Below, piece after piece: positions 23,444 to 35,910 of a stretch of DNA of 64,000 nucleotides (the first letter of the stretch is position 1; every line of letters begins with the position of its first letter). The notes beneath the pieces are model-generated. The model did no database searches, was not told where the DNA came from, and was given only the letters and a program-made list of their open reading frames with translations. The translations under genes and the position numbers were made by a program. This DNA comes from Selaginella moellendorffii (lineage: Eukaryota; Plantae; Lycopodiophyta), in the NCBI RefSeq assembly GCF_000143415.4, contig NW_003314270.1:330411-394410 (forward strand), in the 5' to 3' direction.

Positions 23444-24648
23444 TCCAGCACGGAGGCAGCCGCGCAGAGACTTTTCGATTGTATGCCCGAAAAAACTATA
23501 GTCTCGTGGAACGCGATGGTCTCTGCGTATGCCGCGCAGGGAGACACTAGCATTGCGAAGCTTTTGTTTGGCAAGATGCCCCAATGGGACGTGGCTTCTT
23601 TCAACGCAATGTTGACTGTTTGAACAAGAGGACTACGTTTTGGAATTGCGAAGATTTTTCAACGCTCTTCCGGAAGCCAATTTTGTCTCTTGGACTATCG
23701 TCTTAACAGCATATGCCCGCATTGGGCATCTTTGTGAGTGTAAGTTCCTCTTCGATGCGATGCCACAGAGAGATATAGTGGCATATAACGTAATGCTCTC
23801 GGCATTTTCCCAGCACAGTACTGGGAAAGATTCCAAAGCCTTATTTGATACCATGCCACAGTGGGATATGCTTTCCTGGACATCACTTTTAAACGCATAT
23901 ATCCAAGAAGGGCATATTGATCGAGCCAAACGTACATACGACACAATGCCAATGCAGGATACAGTATCATGTACTGTTATGCTCACGTTTCTCTCTACGT
24001 ATGGTGCCATAGTCGATGCTAGGGTGGCCTATGAATCTTTGCCATGCAAGGATTTAGTTTCACAAAACGCAATGCTATCGGCGTATGCCTCAAAAGGGTA
24101 CCTTGAAAAAGCTCGATTTTTGTTTGACTCCATGCCACAAGACCTTGTTTCTTGTACTAACATGCTCATTTCGTATGCCCAAGTCGGTCATCTTAACGAC
24201 GCAAAACTTGTTTTCATTTCCATGCCGGAGCATGACGTAGTATCTCGGACCGTCATGCTCATCGCATATGCCGTGAATGGGCATGTTTTAGAAGCCAAGA
24301 AAGTGTTCGATTTGATGCTAGAGAGAGATCTCACCGTGTGGAGCGTTATGCTGGCTGCGTATGCCTACACCGGCCACTCCTTTGAAGCCCGCCACCTTTT
24401 CCAAACCATAAATTTCATTGAAGCAGCTGGTGAATCCTGCTTTGCCCCCATTTTGATTTCCCTGGGACATGTTGGTGGACTCGACGCCGTGCTTCGTGTC
24501 GTTGCAAGGGGACTTCGCGTTAAAGCCTACCAAGCAACACTACGCGTGCATGGTAGACCTCATTGCCAAGGCAGGGCATCTGGAAGTTGCCGAGCTTCTC
24601 TTGGAAACCATGCCGTTTGTACCTGATGCTGTAGATTGGATGTCCCTG
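23444..24648 (+). pseudogene. Truncated, frameshifted PPR (paralog of 33876-35726)
   Basis: 5' part removed by a ~1.08-kb deletion. Small deletions relative to the intact copy near 23615, 24139 and 24489. The 3' end is cut at the duplication junction (VDWMSL|). Confidence 0.88.
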
Positions 24649-26245
24649 ACAAAAGGGAATAGACGGCCTGGCAAAAGCGCGAAAGACAAAAACAACCAAA
24701 TGAGCCGCGACTACGATCTGCAAGCTGAGAACGCGGCCATGAATGAGAATGGTGGTGACGCCGAATGGGAATAGATCAACTTTAAATGCACCAGACAGGG
24801 AGCAGCCTCTCGCCGCGGCTTTCGTCCAGGAAAACTTGATCACCCGCCATCGCTCAAGGTAATTATGATTCCCGATATCCGCAATTAGCGCTAATCAATC
24901 TCTTGGCCTGTCTGTCTCGTTCGTGCCGCGGCAGCACAGCAGCACAACAGCACAGCAGGCTTTTGTGCTCTTGTTCGGTTCGGTTTTTAATAACGCAGAG
25001 AAGAGAAGAGCCATGAACTTGCAGATACTGCGGGGTTTATAGCCTTTCTTTGAAAGCTTCACATTCGATCCAGGTTCTTTAGTTTTTCTTTGAACTTATT
25101 CGCCAGCACCCACTCATTCGCTCTTTCAGATTTAATGCAGCGGACCTGTGCGTCATCGAGCAAAAGCTATACGAGCTTTTCCATCGCTGGAAAGCTTTTA
25201 GCTGCACTTCCCGAAAGATTCACTCTTTCCTTGTTTCGCTGTATACCACGCCAGGCGTCGCTCTACCTCGTGGCTACGAGTGCGTCCGTTCAATCTGGCA
25301 AGAGCATTGCTTTTCCTCTTTGGCCGACCCACGTTGATAAGGCTGCAAACGCTCTGTCCAGTTTTTCGGTGGGCGTAAAGGAATCTTCTGGGTCAAAGTA
25401 ATATGGTTGACCAGATTATGGATGGTCAACGCCATATGCTCGCTAGTTATATAATTAATTGTACCGTACAAATTGTATGTCTGGTTTTGATTGATTTGAT
25501 TTCCAAACTCGCATTGTCTTCTCTTTCATCCAGATGCTGTTACTGATTCGCATCATGCAGTTCAAGCATGCGTTCTAGTAAGTTATTGCGAACAGATAAA
25601 AACTTATCTCTAATAAATTTTCACTAATGTTGGAAGCTGCAAAAAAGATTCGCTGGGTTTTAGCTGTAGGCATGCGTTCAGCAAACCTGTTGTGCGTGCT
25701 CAGATCTTTAGATCGTGTTAAAGTTCGCGGAAAAATAGTTGCCTCATACATTGACTAATTGTTACCAAGGCGGCATCTTTTTCATCCTCGGTCCAAATCT
25801 CGTGCATTATACTCAAGGTCTTACCCAGCCTCAGCTAGCGTTGGTTGACAAAGAAGATTAATAATGATAACCGAAACTTGTCAACTCGTGTATGCATATA
25901 ATTTGTCACTTCGTGCGTCCAATGTTCTTAATATAAGTAATGCTTGCATACAGGTTAACATCACCAGCCATTGACAAATTCTCCTGAATATCAGAGGAGA
26001 CTTTGGGAAGAATTCTTTTCTTTCTATGATGCCATGTGAACATTCATAAAGAAAGAGGTTTATGGAAGATCCGTGCTCTTAAGCTCGTTTGTAGACAAGG
26101 AAGCATTGGATCTTTAAAGGAATAGGAAGCATCCACAACACTTTCGCCTTCAACTTGTAGTATGAAAACAAAAAAGCACGTAAAACGAATGTCCTCATAT
26201 CCTTATATATGGCTGCAGTTGTGAATCATAGGATTATAAGCTATA

Positions 26246-28260
26246 ATGGCTCAGGCAGAGAATGTAGGCAGTAGTAGCTTCTGCAATTGGCTTCACCCCT
26301 CTCTGACAAGTATTCTCTTCTCGCTGCTTCTGCCCACAGCAACACTACTCCTGCTTCTCGCGCATTCTTGTCATGGATCCGACGATGAGCATTTCTACCT
26401 CGACCTCCCGTCCAGAGAAGGTTTTGCATGCCCCGAAGTAAACAGCTTTGTAAACGAATTCGATCCGTTCTACAGATGGTCTCTGCGTTCTTCCCTTGCC
26501 AGTGTCCTGTCCACGACAAGTGGCATCGACATTGAACTCGCCAATTCCGCCTACCAGCAAGCTAGTGCATGGAGAGTGATCAGCAACTGGACGAGTGATG
26601 AGGGAGCCAACAAGCTGTATGCCTCGGCCGAGCCCCACGTTGCAGGTGGTCACATGAAGCAGCACCGGCACAACTGGCAATGGAGAATGCGAGTGGACTG
26701 GGGCATCAGCATCCGCATGTGCCTATCCACTGGTAATGACCAGAGCAATCGGTCGTGCCTCTGGACTACTCCCATCCTTCAGAAGGAAAGCGAAGCGGAT
26801 CTCAGCCTGCTCTTTATTGCTGTACCTTACAGGGCTGCAACTGCACCCAGCATTGAACCAGATCTGAACAACATGCCGCGTAGCACATCAGGATTCTACC
26901 TTTCCAACTACGCCAGCAGTGCAAGGACGGACTTCACCAAGTACCAGAAGCTCAACACCTCCAGCCACTATTATCTTACGAACACTAAGGATGTACCAAA
27001 GTGTCGGTTTGCACCGTCTTACTACAGCAACGACGCCACAGCATACCTCGGGTTTCCCAGCCTCCAATGCGGCTGCTCTAATTCCTCCACCAGGGTATGT
27101 GTCGTGGTCACCAGGAACATGGACACCAACAGCTGGGGATTGTTCGACTATCGTTCCTCCTGCGATTTGCTGACGTCTTACTGGGCTTGGAACACCGGTG
27201 GAAACACTTGGCTTGTTCTTACCGTACACAACACCTCATCTGACAAGCCTCTACCATTTCTTGCAACCTTTAAGGGGAATACCTCTCTCGGGTCCTCCCT
27301 CACTGGGGTTACAGCGAATGACTTCCAGGCCATGGCGAACACAACAGTCTGTGTGGAAGCATTGATGCAGCAAATACCGGTGCCATCCAGTGTGGAGGTT
27401 CAGAACAGGTGCAGTACTGATCAGCTGGTATTAAGCACTCAAGATAGTGAGTACTATCTCAACAAGATGAGACGGTTCCTCTGGGCTCCCACTCCCCCCC
27501 AGAACAAGATCAGTGCACCCTGTTTCGGAGATCTGCCTATGGGACAGCTCGAGTTCAAGGACAAGCTATGTGTGACCAAGCTGGACACTGCTATCAGCAC
27601 AGAGATTAAACTGATGGTCGAATCCATGTTACAGCTCAGAGATGTTAAGTTCAAGCAGAACAAGCTGTGGAATGATGGATCAAACAACAGACACGAAGTC
27701 TATGGCGGGATTTTGTCAGCGATTGTGTCCTTTGTGGGAACATGTTTATTGGCAACGAGTACCAAGTTGCAGGATATTGAAGAGTCCTTTGAGAAATTCT
27801 GGCACCGTGGTGGCGCCGTTGGGGACACCAACACCGACGGCCAGGCTGTTCAGTCGAGCAAGGGATCAGTTTTTTCAAGCCAGGACCCCATCTTTTGGTT
27901 TAAGTTCCTTTATAGGACACTCCTCGTACTCGGTTTTGCAGGTAATTTGAACCTCTTCTTGCCACAAGTTGATTCACTAAGCTCACATTTTGTGCAGTTT
28001 TACTGTCATATACAGCATATAGTAGCGTGCAAAGTGTAAAGAAGGACCGGGACATCTTGCAAGCGCAAACAGTACCTCAGGTCCTTAGTGATGGTACCGT
28101 GGTGTTGCTCACCACCACAGCTACGTACGAGGTGAAACCCTTGTGGGCCAGCTTCTACGTTATTTCTGTTCTTACGGTGCTGGCTGTGATAATCACACTG
28201 GTCATTACATGGCATAAACTTAAAACGATGCCGGTGAAAGAGAGCAGTGAAAGGGAGTGA
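26246..28260 (+). CDS. Orphan secreted/multi-pass membrane protein, copy 2
   Basis: Exon 26246-27941, 56-nt intron, exon 27998-28260 in frame. 32 aa differences from copy 1 by manual comparison. Confidence 0.8.
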
Positions 28261-28473
28261 TTAGGTAATTGTCTTTGAAGATTTTGGTGTCACTAAGTTC
28301 TGTTGGCTAATTGCGCCACTGGCTGTGATAATTACAGTGGTCATTGAAGGTAAAAAAGATACCGTCTTTGCATCAATAAGGGCTAATTGCGCCAAGATAA
28401 AGGAGAAAGCTAAAGTTGACCAGTGCAATAAAGGTCTAACCAGTCACGGCGGTCAACGGTCAAGGAACGTCAA

Positions 28474-30164
28474 TCATCTTTTGAAGAATAGTGGAAGCAA
28501 ACCGGCGCCATTGATAAACACAAGCCGAATCATCGTCTTCCATCTCCAATCCTCCCCGGCCACCTCCCCGGACTGCCCCAGCGTGTCGAGCATCACTCCA
28601 AAGTGCTCACAGCTCGGCCAGATCCCAAAGTCCGCCACCATCATCTGGACCTTCTCCACGCCCCGCCTCACCGATCCGGTGTGCGTAGCCGCCACCAAGA
28701 TCCCCGTGAAGGTGATGTCGTCCGGGGTGACGCCCTCCAAGTTGAGCCCCCGGAAGAACTCCTCGGCCTCGGGGCCGTGGCCGTTCGCGGCGTACATGAC
28801 GATGAGCGCGTTCCAGGAGACGATGTCGGTCTTCTCCGGGGTGGCGTCGAAGATAGCCTTCTCCTTTACGAGATGCCCGTGCTGCGCGTACGCGACGAAC
28901 ATCGCGTTCCAAGAGATGAGGCTCCGCTCGGGCATCGAGAAGAACATCGCCTCCGCCTCAGCGAGCTGGAAGTTCTGCGAGTAGGCCACCATCATGGTCG
29001 TCCAGGAGATCACGTTACACCACGGCATTCGATCCAGCGCTACCTTTGCGCGCGGCTCTGCGTGTAGGCGTGGATCATCGCATTCCAGGAGACGAGGTTC
29101 TTCTCTGGGATCCGATCAAACTCGAGCTTCGCCTGGTCGATCTCGCCGTGCGCGACGTAGCTCCGACAAAGGATGTTCCACGCCACTACATCCTTCACGG
29201 GCATCGATTCGAAGCACCGCCGAGCATCGTCCAGATTCCCGTTCTGGGCAAATGCCGTCGCCATGGCCGTCCACGAGACAACGTCGCGGTGCGTCACCTT
29301 CTGAAAGATCTCTTTCGCCTTGTCGATCATCAGGGCCACTCCATAAGCAGTGATAAGGGCATTCCACGAAACGATATTCCTGGTTCCCATTCGATCAAAC
29401 AGATCCTTTGCTTCCACAAGACGCCCGTTCTGGGCATACCCCTGGATCATCGCCGTCCACGAGACGAGATCTCTCTCCGGCATCGTATCAAACAATTCCT
29501 TGGCGTGAAAGAGATCTCCACTCTCGGCAGTGGTCGCGACCATGGAATTCCACGACAACCGGCTCCTCGCGGGCATTCTCTCGAAGAACTTCTTCGCAAG
29601 ATCCAAATGCCCCTTTTTGGCAAGTGTTGTCACCATTGTGTTCCAGGACGCAAGATTCCGCTGCGCCATCGCCAGGAACATCGCCCTGGCGCGATCGAGG
29701 TACCCATTCCTGGCATATATCGCGACCATCGCGTTGGAGAGCACCACATCCCCGTCGCCGATGGATTCGAACAGGGATTTGGCCCTCTCCAGATCGCCAT
29801 TGCGCGCGTAGGCGACGATCATCGTCGTCCAGTGGACGGCGCTGCGCTGCGGGGTCCTGGTGAAGAGGAGCTCCACCTCGTCGATCCGGCCGCTGGCGGC
29901 GGACGCCGCGATGGCGATGCCCCAGGAGAACTCGTTCTTGTGCTGGATCGCGTGGAATGCCCGGCGCGATTCCTCGGCGAGCCCGAGGCGGCCATACATC
30001 TGGACCACCGCATTGGCCACGAATCGATCGCCGCCATAGCCACTGGCGATGATCTGTGCGTGGATCTTCCTGCCCACCGCGGCGTCGCCGGAATCCCCAG
30101 CCGCGCGGAGCGATTGGACGAAACGCTGGCATTCCACAAATTTGCCCTTGTCAATGCAGGGCAT
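28474..30164 (-). pseudogene. Frameshifted, internally deleted PPR (paralog of 18568-20514)
   Basis: Split into ORFs 30164-29040 and 29028-28474 by a frameshift near 29045. About 220 bp of E-domain sequence is missing near 28555. Confidence 0.88.
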
Positions 30165-30766
30165 TTGCTAGGAATATATTTCAAGCATCATCACCTTTTC
30201 AATTTCCTCTCTTCTGCTAATTTTTCTTTTCAGCTTGCAAGGATCTGATGCAGGAATATCAACAAGAATAACCTTTTTGCCAGTTTTCTTCCTAGATTGC
30301 CATCCAAATCTTTGTCACGGGATGTTCCAGTTCGTCAGTGAAGCAGCAAGCCAGAAAAGTCTTTGTCACGTCTAAGCTTTTGGGTCCGTAGCCTACGCCA
30401 AGGCAACTTCTGGCAACCCGAAGATGATCACGCAAACTCACGTTGCAGTCTCTCTCCGGGTGGAACGAGACCATTACAGCGAATGCATCAAAGAAAAGCA
30501 AAAGCTGTGACTTCTTTCTTGGTTCCTAAACTGCCCAGCATGGGAAGGAATCCTTTCTGCAAAGATGCAGTGCTTGTCCTGCGTAGCAGCTCCGATCGCG
30601 TGAACAACAGTGCTCCATCGCGCTTTTATCGGATTTACAAACACCACCACCTCAAACCACATAGAGTTCAGTAATCTCTTCTTACTACTATGTCCTTCTG
30701 GGTCGATATCCGCAAGACGCTGCCATCTTTTTCTCCGGAGTCCTGACAGATGTGGAGGAGACGCTA

Positions 30767-32263
30767 TTACCCAGCCAACGAGCTGATGAAGTCTGCCAAG
30801 TTATGCCCTGAGCTGCCCGGCTGGGTGGAGAGTGCAGCCTGTCGGACCAGCTTCCTCCTTTGCTTGGCACGGTTCCTGAGCTCTTGGTCCTCCATTACAG
30901 CACGCAAGCCTCGCTCGACGTCATCTGCGGACGGCACACCATCCACCCCAATATCCACCGCAATTTTGTACTCGTCCACAAGGTGCCTGCAGGTTGGGAG
31001 CTGGTCACCTAAGAACGGCCAGGCCAGAATGGGAACACCAGCCAGCATAATACACTCCACCACGGAACTCCACCCGCAGTGTGAAACTAATGCACCAATG
31101 GCCGGATGAGAGAGAACCAGCTGCTGAGGCACCCAACCTGTGAGGATTTTCCCCCTACCGGAGGTTCGCTCCACAAAGTTTGGAGGTAGCACGCGGTTCA
31201 GGTAGGCGGCCGGCTCCTCGTTCCTGGGACTTGGAAGCGACCAGAGGAATCTAAAGCCGGACGATTCGAGTCCGTGTGCCAGCTCTCGAATCATCTCGTC
31301 GCCCAAGACTATAAAGCTGCCGAAGCATATGAAGACCAGCGACGCCGTGGGTTGCTTGTCCAGCCATGAGACAAGCGCAGTGGAATCCTCGCTGTTCTTG
31401 CCGATTGAGACCGCTGTTCCTCGAATGTCTTCTTCAGAGGGTCGATCATCCTGGAGGTAGGAAGATGGATACAGAGGTCCTATGGAAATGCACCGTATCT
31501 CGGGGTACTCGCAATGTAAAGCATCCAATATCTGCACGGACACGTGAGAAATCACCCCCCACTAAATGCCCGTCTTACTGGTCCTTCAAGCTCTTCGGAA
31601 GTATTCAGTAGTATCCCGTTGGAGTGGACAAAATGCTTGGCTACGCCTTCTTTACCCAAGTAGATTCTGTAAACAAAGATCACGGAAACAAACAGAAACA
31701 TAGAAAGAATGATACCCATGGGATTTGACGACAACGTCCAAAGGTAGCTCAGCCCATCGAAGAGGTGGAAGTCCGGGAACATGAACTACGCTCTGCATGT
31801 CTTGGTCCACATTCCCGCTTCGGCTGGGGCCGTGGAAGGAGAGCATGACAGCGAGATGCGCCGAAGCACCTGTGTAGAGGATATACTTTGGGATGCCTCT
31901 CTCCTCCACAGTTTGACTTGCCCAGAACATCACCATTCGATCGAGAACCACCGCTTTGGGGCGCAGCACATCGAGGTGTTTCCGGAGCGAGTCAGGCAGG
32001 GCAGTGGGAAAACGGGATGATGGCACAAGGTCGGGACGAGACTTGCGAACTCCAGGGAAAATGAAAGCCGGTCGAGGGGAAGGAGTGGACTCCATGAGAG
32101 CGCGCATTTCAATGTTTGCTATGTCCGTGGTCATTCCAGATGGGTTCAGCCACGGCAGTAGCACCGTAACACGGCAGCCCTGAGAAGCGAGCTTCTTTGC
32201 AAAGAGCATACCTGTGTTGAAGTGACCACCGCCTTGAACGGTAACCAAAACGATGTCGGCCAT
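30767..32263 (-). CDS. Family 1 UDP-glycosyltransferase, copy 2 (3 exons)
   Basis: Same structure and PSPG box as 21099-22595, with about 10 aa differences. Confidence 0.92.
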
Positions 32264-32555
32264 TCTAGATAGCCGACCTTGTCGGCCTTATCCTAACCAA
32301 GCGCTCCTGTCAGACTCCTGTAAGACTCACATATCTAGACTATTTTGATGAACTTGACTTGTTGTTAGCCAAGGGTTTCGTCTAGCACTATTTTCAATGC
32401 TTTGTTTTTTTTCCACGTGGCCAGTTCAGCTATGTAAATTTAAGATGCCGGTCGAACGAATATGCCAGTGTGATGCTTCTTCTTCACACAATGAACAGTT
32501 AGATCTCTGATTCGCAGGCTAGAGAGATTCGAGCCCCAGCGGCGCAGCTGGCGTG

Positions 32556-33278
32556 TAACGTATGATCCACCAGCGAAATACAGTTAGAGAGAAGAAGTCA
32601 CGGACTTAACTGTGGGGAAGTGCTCGAATTGCTTGTGGAAGCGCTTCCAAGCTCCCTCGTCGGGGAAAGCTATAGTCACCTGCAAGAGATTTTTGGGACA
32701 TCGCTTGCAAGCTCTCGACTGAGTCTCACATTTTTGGAATCCGGAAGCTTGAGCAGCGGGATGCCACTGTCGAAGCAGGGAAGAATGCTGTCACCAAAGT
32801 AAACCCTCTCCTGCTTTGCAAGTCCGGGTGAGCGAAAAGATCGAAAAGAAAAGAGAAACAAGCAAACCTGGAGAGCGTGGATGTCAAAGATGACGAGACT
32901 CGTCGGACTACCCCTGGAGATTGGAATGTTGGAGAGTGAAGGCCGATGTCACCCTCGTCTTCCATGCGCTCCAACGTTCCAGTCGGGAAGAACGGCACCA
33001 CGACCGTGAAGGAAGCGATGGACATCCTGGGAAGAGCGTAGATCACCAAGAGCTCTCAAAGATCACGGCGGGAGAGCTGAAAGGCGCAAGGAATGCAACG
33101 TGCTGGCCACGGATCCCAGCACGAACAAGTTTGGAAATCCATCCTCGAATGTGGTGAAAGAAAAAAGAGATCGATTGCTCAAACCCACTTACATCCATTT
33201 GAGCTCGATGGAAACTGTCTCGGCAGCGACCACTCCGTGCCACATCCTCGTACTCGTTGCAATATGTCGAGGAGATTA
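32556..33278 (-). pseudogene. PRS3/4-type pseudogene, inverted 5' segment
   Basis: Minus strand gives, in order, [66 protein letters not shown] and [23 protein letters not shown]. Confidence 0.88.
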
Positions 33279-33705
33279 GTTCGAGATGGAAACAAAAGGA
33301 TTGTTCGCTTGAAGGAAGGCGAGGCCGCTGGAAGGCACGTCGTCATTGTGGACGATCTAGTGCGCTCTGGAGGCACTCTCAAGGAATGCCAGGTTCGTGT
33401 AGTAAGATTTCTTCATCGTTTCTTAGCCAGTGTCTTTCAGAATGTACTACAAGCGAATGGAGCCACGAAAGTGAGTGCTTACGCCACACACGGCGACTTC
33501 CCTCACCAAACCTGGGAGCGATTTCTTCACGCGGCGGGAGGTACGTAGAAACTCCATTCTTTTCTTTCTACAGGAAACTTGTCAACGCTGTTAGCATTTC
33601 AGATAGCGAGAAAGAATTTTCTCACTTTTGGATCACAGATTCCTGAGTCCTAATTGGCAGGGCACCCTTTGAAGTTCTCGTGCTGGTTGGTTCCTCCATC
33701 TCTAA
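33279..33705 (+). pseudogene. PRS3/4-type pseudogene, 3' segment in original orientation
   Basis: Plus strand gives [64 protein letters not shown] and RAPFEVL. Confidence 0.88.
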
Positions 33706-33875
33706 TTTTATTACTCTTCCTTTTGCTTGAGAGTTGATCCAGTTTTCTCCTCCACCTCCTTTTCAGGGCAGGATTTTTAATTTTTAATTTTTTCCTTTTG
33801 TTCTTCAGTTTATTGACAAGTAAATGAGCCTATCTTTCCGAATTTACTTACAAGCGTAGATTATGAGTTTTCCAC

Positions 33876-35726
33876 ATGGCTGAAAGAACTAGAAGATCTA
33901 CAAACTATAATAGCGCATTTTTCCCGTCAATTAGCTGTCACTGGCTGGTGAAAACGAGTTGCGCCTGGTTGCCACGGTGGCGGTCCAAGTACTTAAAGCA
34001 TGTACTTTGTAGATTCTTTGAAGAATATGCCAGTTTGATGCTTCTTCTTCCTCTAGGCGTCCATAATGCGAACGATTTGATCAGGATGCACGGGCGATTG
34101 GGAAATGCCGCCAAGGCTCGGGAGATTTTCGATCTAATTCCCGTGAAGGATCGTCTGAGCTGGGACTACATGCTGCTGGCCTACACCCAGGGCGGGTCGA
34201 TCGACGAGGCATGGCGGATTTTCGATCAAATCCCGCAGCCCAGCGTGTTTTCCTTCAACATTTTGCTGTCGGCGCTCTCGCAGAGCGGGGATTTTCGCGG
34301 GGCGCGCCGGATCTTCGACGGGATGCCGCAGTGGGATGTGGTATCGTGGAATTCGATGCTGTCCGCGCACATCCAGCACGGAGACCTGGCAGCCGCGCAG
34401 AGATTTTTCGATTGTATGCCCGAAAAAACTATAGTCTCGTGGAACGCGATGGTGTCTGCGTATGCCGCGAAGGGAGACACTAGCATTGCGAAGCTTTTGT
34501 TTGGCAAGATGCCCCAATGGGACGTGGCTTCTTTCAACGCAATGTTGACTGGGTTTGACCAAGAGGACTACGTTTTGGAATTGCGAAGATTTTTCAACGC
34601 TCTTCCGGAGGCCAATTTTGTCTCTTGGACTATCGTCTTAACAGCATATGCCCGCATTGGGCATCTTTTTGAGTGTAAGGCCCTCTTTGATGCGATGCCA
34701 CACAGAGATATAGTGGCATATAACGTAATGCTCTCGGCATTTTCCCAGCACAGTACTGGGAAAGATTCCAAAGCCTTATTTGATACCATGCCACAGTGGG
34801 ATATGCTTTCCTGGACATCACTTTTAAACGCATATATCCAAGACGGGCATATTGAGCGAGCCAAACGTACATACGACACAATGCCAATGCAGGATACAGT
34901 ATCATGTACGGTTATGCTTACATTTCTCTCTACGTATGGTGCCATAGTCGATGCTAGGGTGGTCTATGAATCTTTGCCATGCAAGGATTTAGTTTCACAA
35001 AACGCAATGCTAGCGGCGTATGCCTCAAAAGGGTACCTTGAAGAAGCTCGATTTTTGTTTGACTCCATGCCACAACGAGACCTTGTTTCTTGTACTAATA
35101 TGCTCATTTCGTATGCCCAAGTTGGTCATCTTAACGACGCAAAACGTGTTTTCATTTCCATGCCGGAGCATGACGTAGTATCTCGGACCGTCATGCTCAT
35201 CGCATATGCCGTGAATGGGCATGTTTTAGAAGCCAATAAAGTGTTCGATTTGATGCTAGAGAGAGATCTCACCGTCTGGAGCGCCATGCTGGCTGCGTAT
35301 GCCTACACGGGGCACTCTTTTGAAGCCCGCCACCTTTTCCAAACCATGAATTTCATTGAAGCAGCTGGTGAATCCTGCTTTGCACCCATTTTGATTTCCC
35401 TGGGACATGTTGGTGGGCTCGACGCCGCAAGAAATTGCTTCGTGTCGTTGCAAGGGGACTTCGCGTTAAAGCCTACCAAGCAACATTACGCGTGCATGGT
35501 GGACCTCATTGCCAAGGCAGGGCATCTGGAAGTTGCCGAGCTTCTCTTGGAAACCATGCCGTTTGTGCCTGATGCTGTGGATTGGACGTCCCTGCTTGGA
35601 GCTTCCAAATCTCAGGACAATGTCAAGCAGGGATTCTGTGTTGCAAAATCCGTGGTTGGCATGAACTCACAAGAATCAGCTGGTTATTTACTACTGGCCA
35701 ACATGTTACACGCAAACAAATCCTGA
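33876..35726 (+). CDS. SS-array PPR protein with E domain (intact copy)
   Basis: 616-aa ORF of ~31-aa repeats (MPQWDVVSWNSMLSAH) with E-type end (TMPFVPDAVDWTSLLGAS). The true start may be downstream. Confidence 0.88.
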   Translation: MAERTRRSTNYNSAFFPSISCHWLVKTSCAWLPRWRSKYLKHVLCRFFEEYASLMLLLPLGVHNANDLIRMHGRLGNAAKAREIFDLIPVKDRLSWDYMLLAYTQGGSIDEAWRIFDQIPQPSVFSFNILLSALSQSGDFRGARRIFDGMPQWDVVSWNSMLSAHIQHGDLAAAQRFFDCMPEKTIVSWNAMVSAYAAKGDTSIAKLLFGKMPQWDVASFNAMLTGFDQEDYVLELRRFFNALPEANFVSWTIVLTAYARIGHLFECKALFDAMPHRDIVAYNVMLSAFSQHSTGKDSKALFDTMPQWDMLSWTSLLNAYIQDGHIERAKRTYDTMPMQDTVSCTVMLTFLSTYGAIVDARVVYESLPCKDLVSQNAMLAAYASKGYLEEARFLFDSMPQRDLVSCTNMLISYAQVGHLNDAKRVFISMPEHDVVSRTVMLIAYAVNGHVLEANKVFDLMLERDLTVWSAMLAAYAYTGHSFEARHLFQTMNFIEAAGESCFAPILISLGHVGGLDAARNCFVSLQGDFALKPTKQHYACMVDLIAKAGHLEVAELLLETMPFVPDAVDWTSLLGASKSQDNVKQGFCVAKSVVGMNSQESAGYLLLANMLHANKS

Positions 35727-35910
35727 GGATTTCCTACGACCATTGCAAGTTTTGTATTTTCTTTCCAAGTTTGTAGCTTGCAAGTTTCAATCAATGATCC
35801 AAGCTATGAAAGAACAGCATGAAATCAGAAGAGAAACATGAATACCGTCAAACACAAGATTATCCTTGCAAGTTCTATACTCTCATAGATGGAGAAAATA
35901 CATTCTAAGG

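Larger units (their letters stand above)
14669..24648. repeat. Tandem segmental duplication, copy 1 (~10.0 kb)
   Basis: Begins ACAAAAGGGAA..GGCCTGGCAAAAGCGCG, as at 24649. Ends ...GATTGGATGTCCCTG, as at 35594. Gene order is collinear with copy 2. Confidence 0.93.
24649..35594. repeat. Tandem segmental duplication, copy 2 (~10.9 kb)
   Basis: Near-identical collinear copy of 14669-24648 with distinct indels. Confidence 0.93.
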
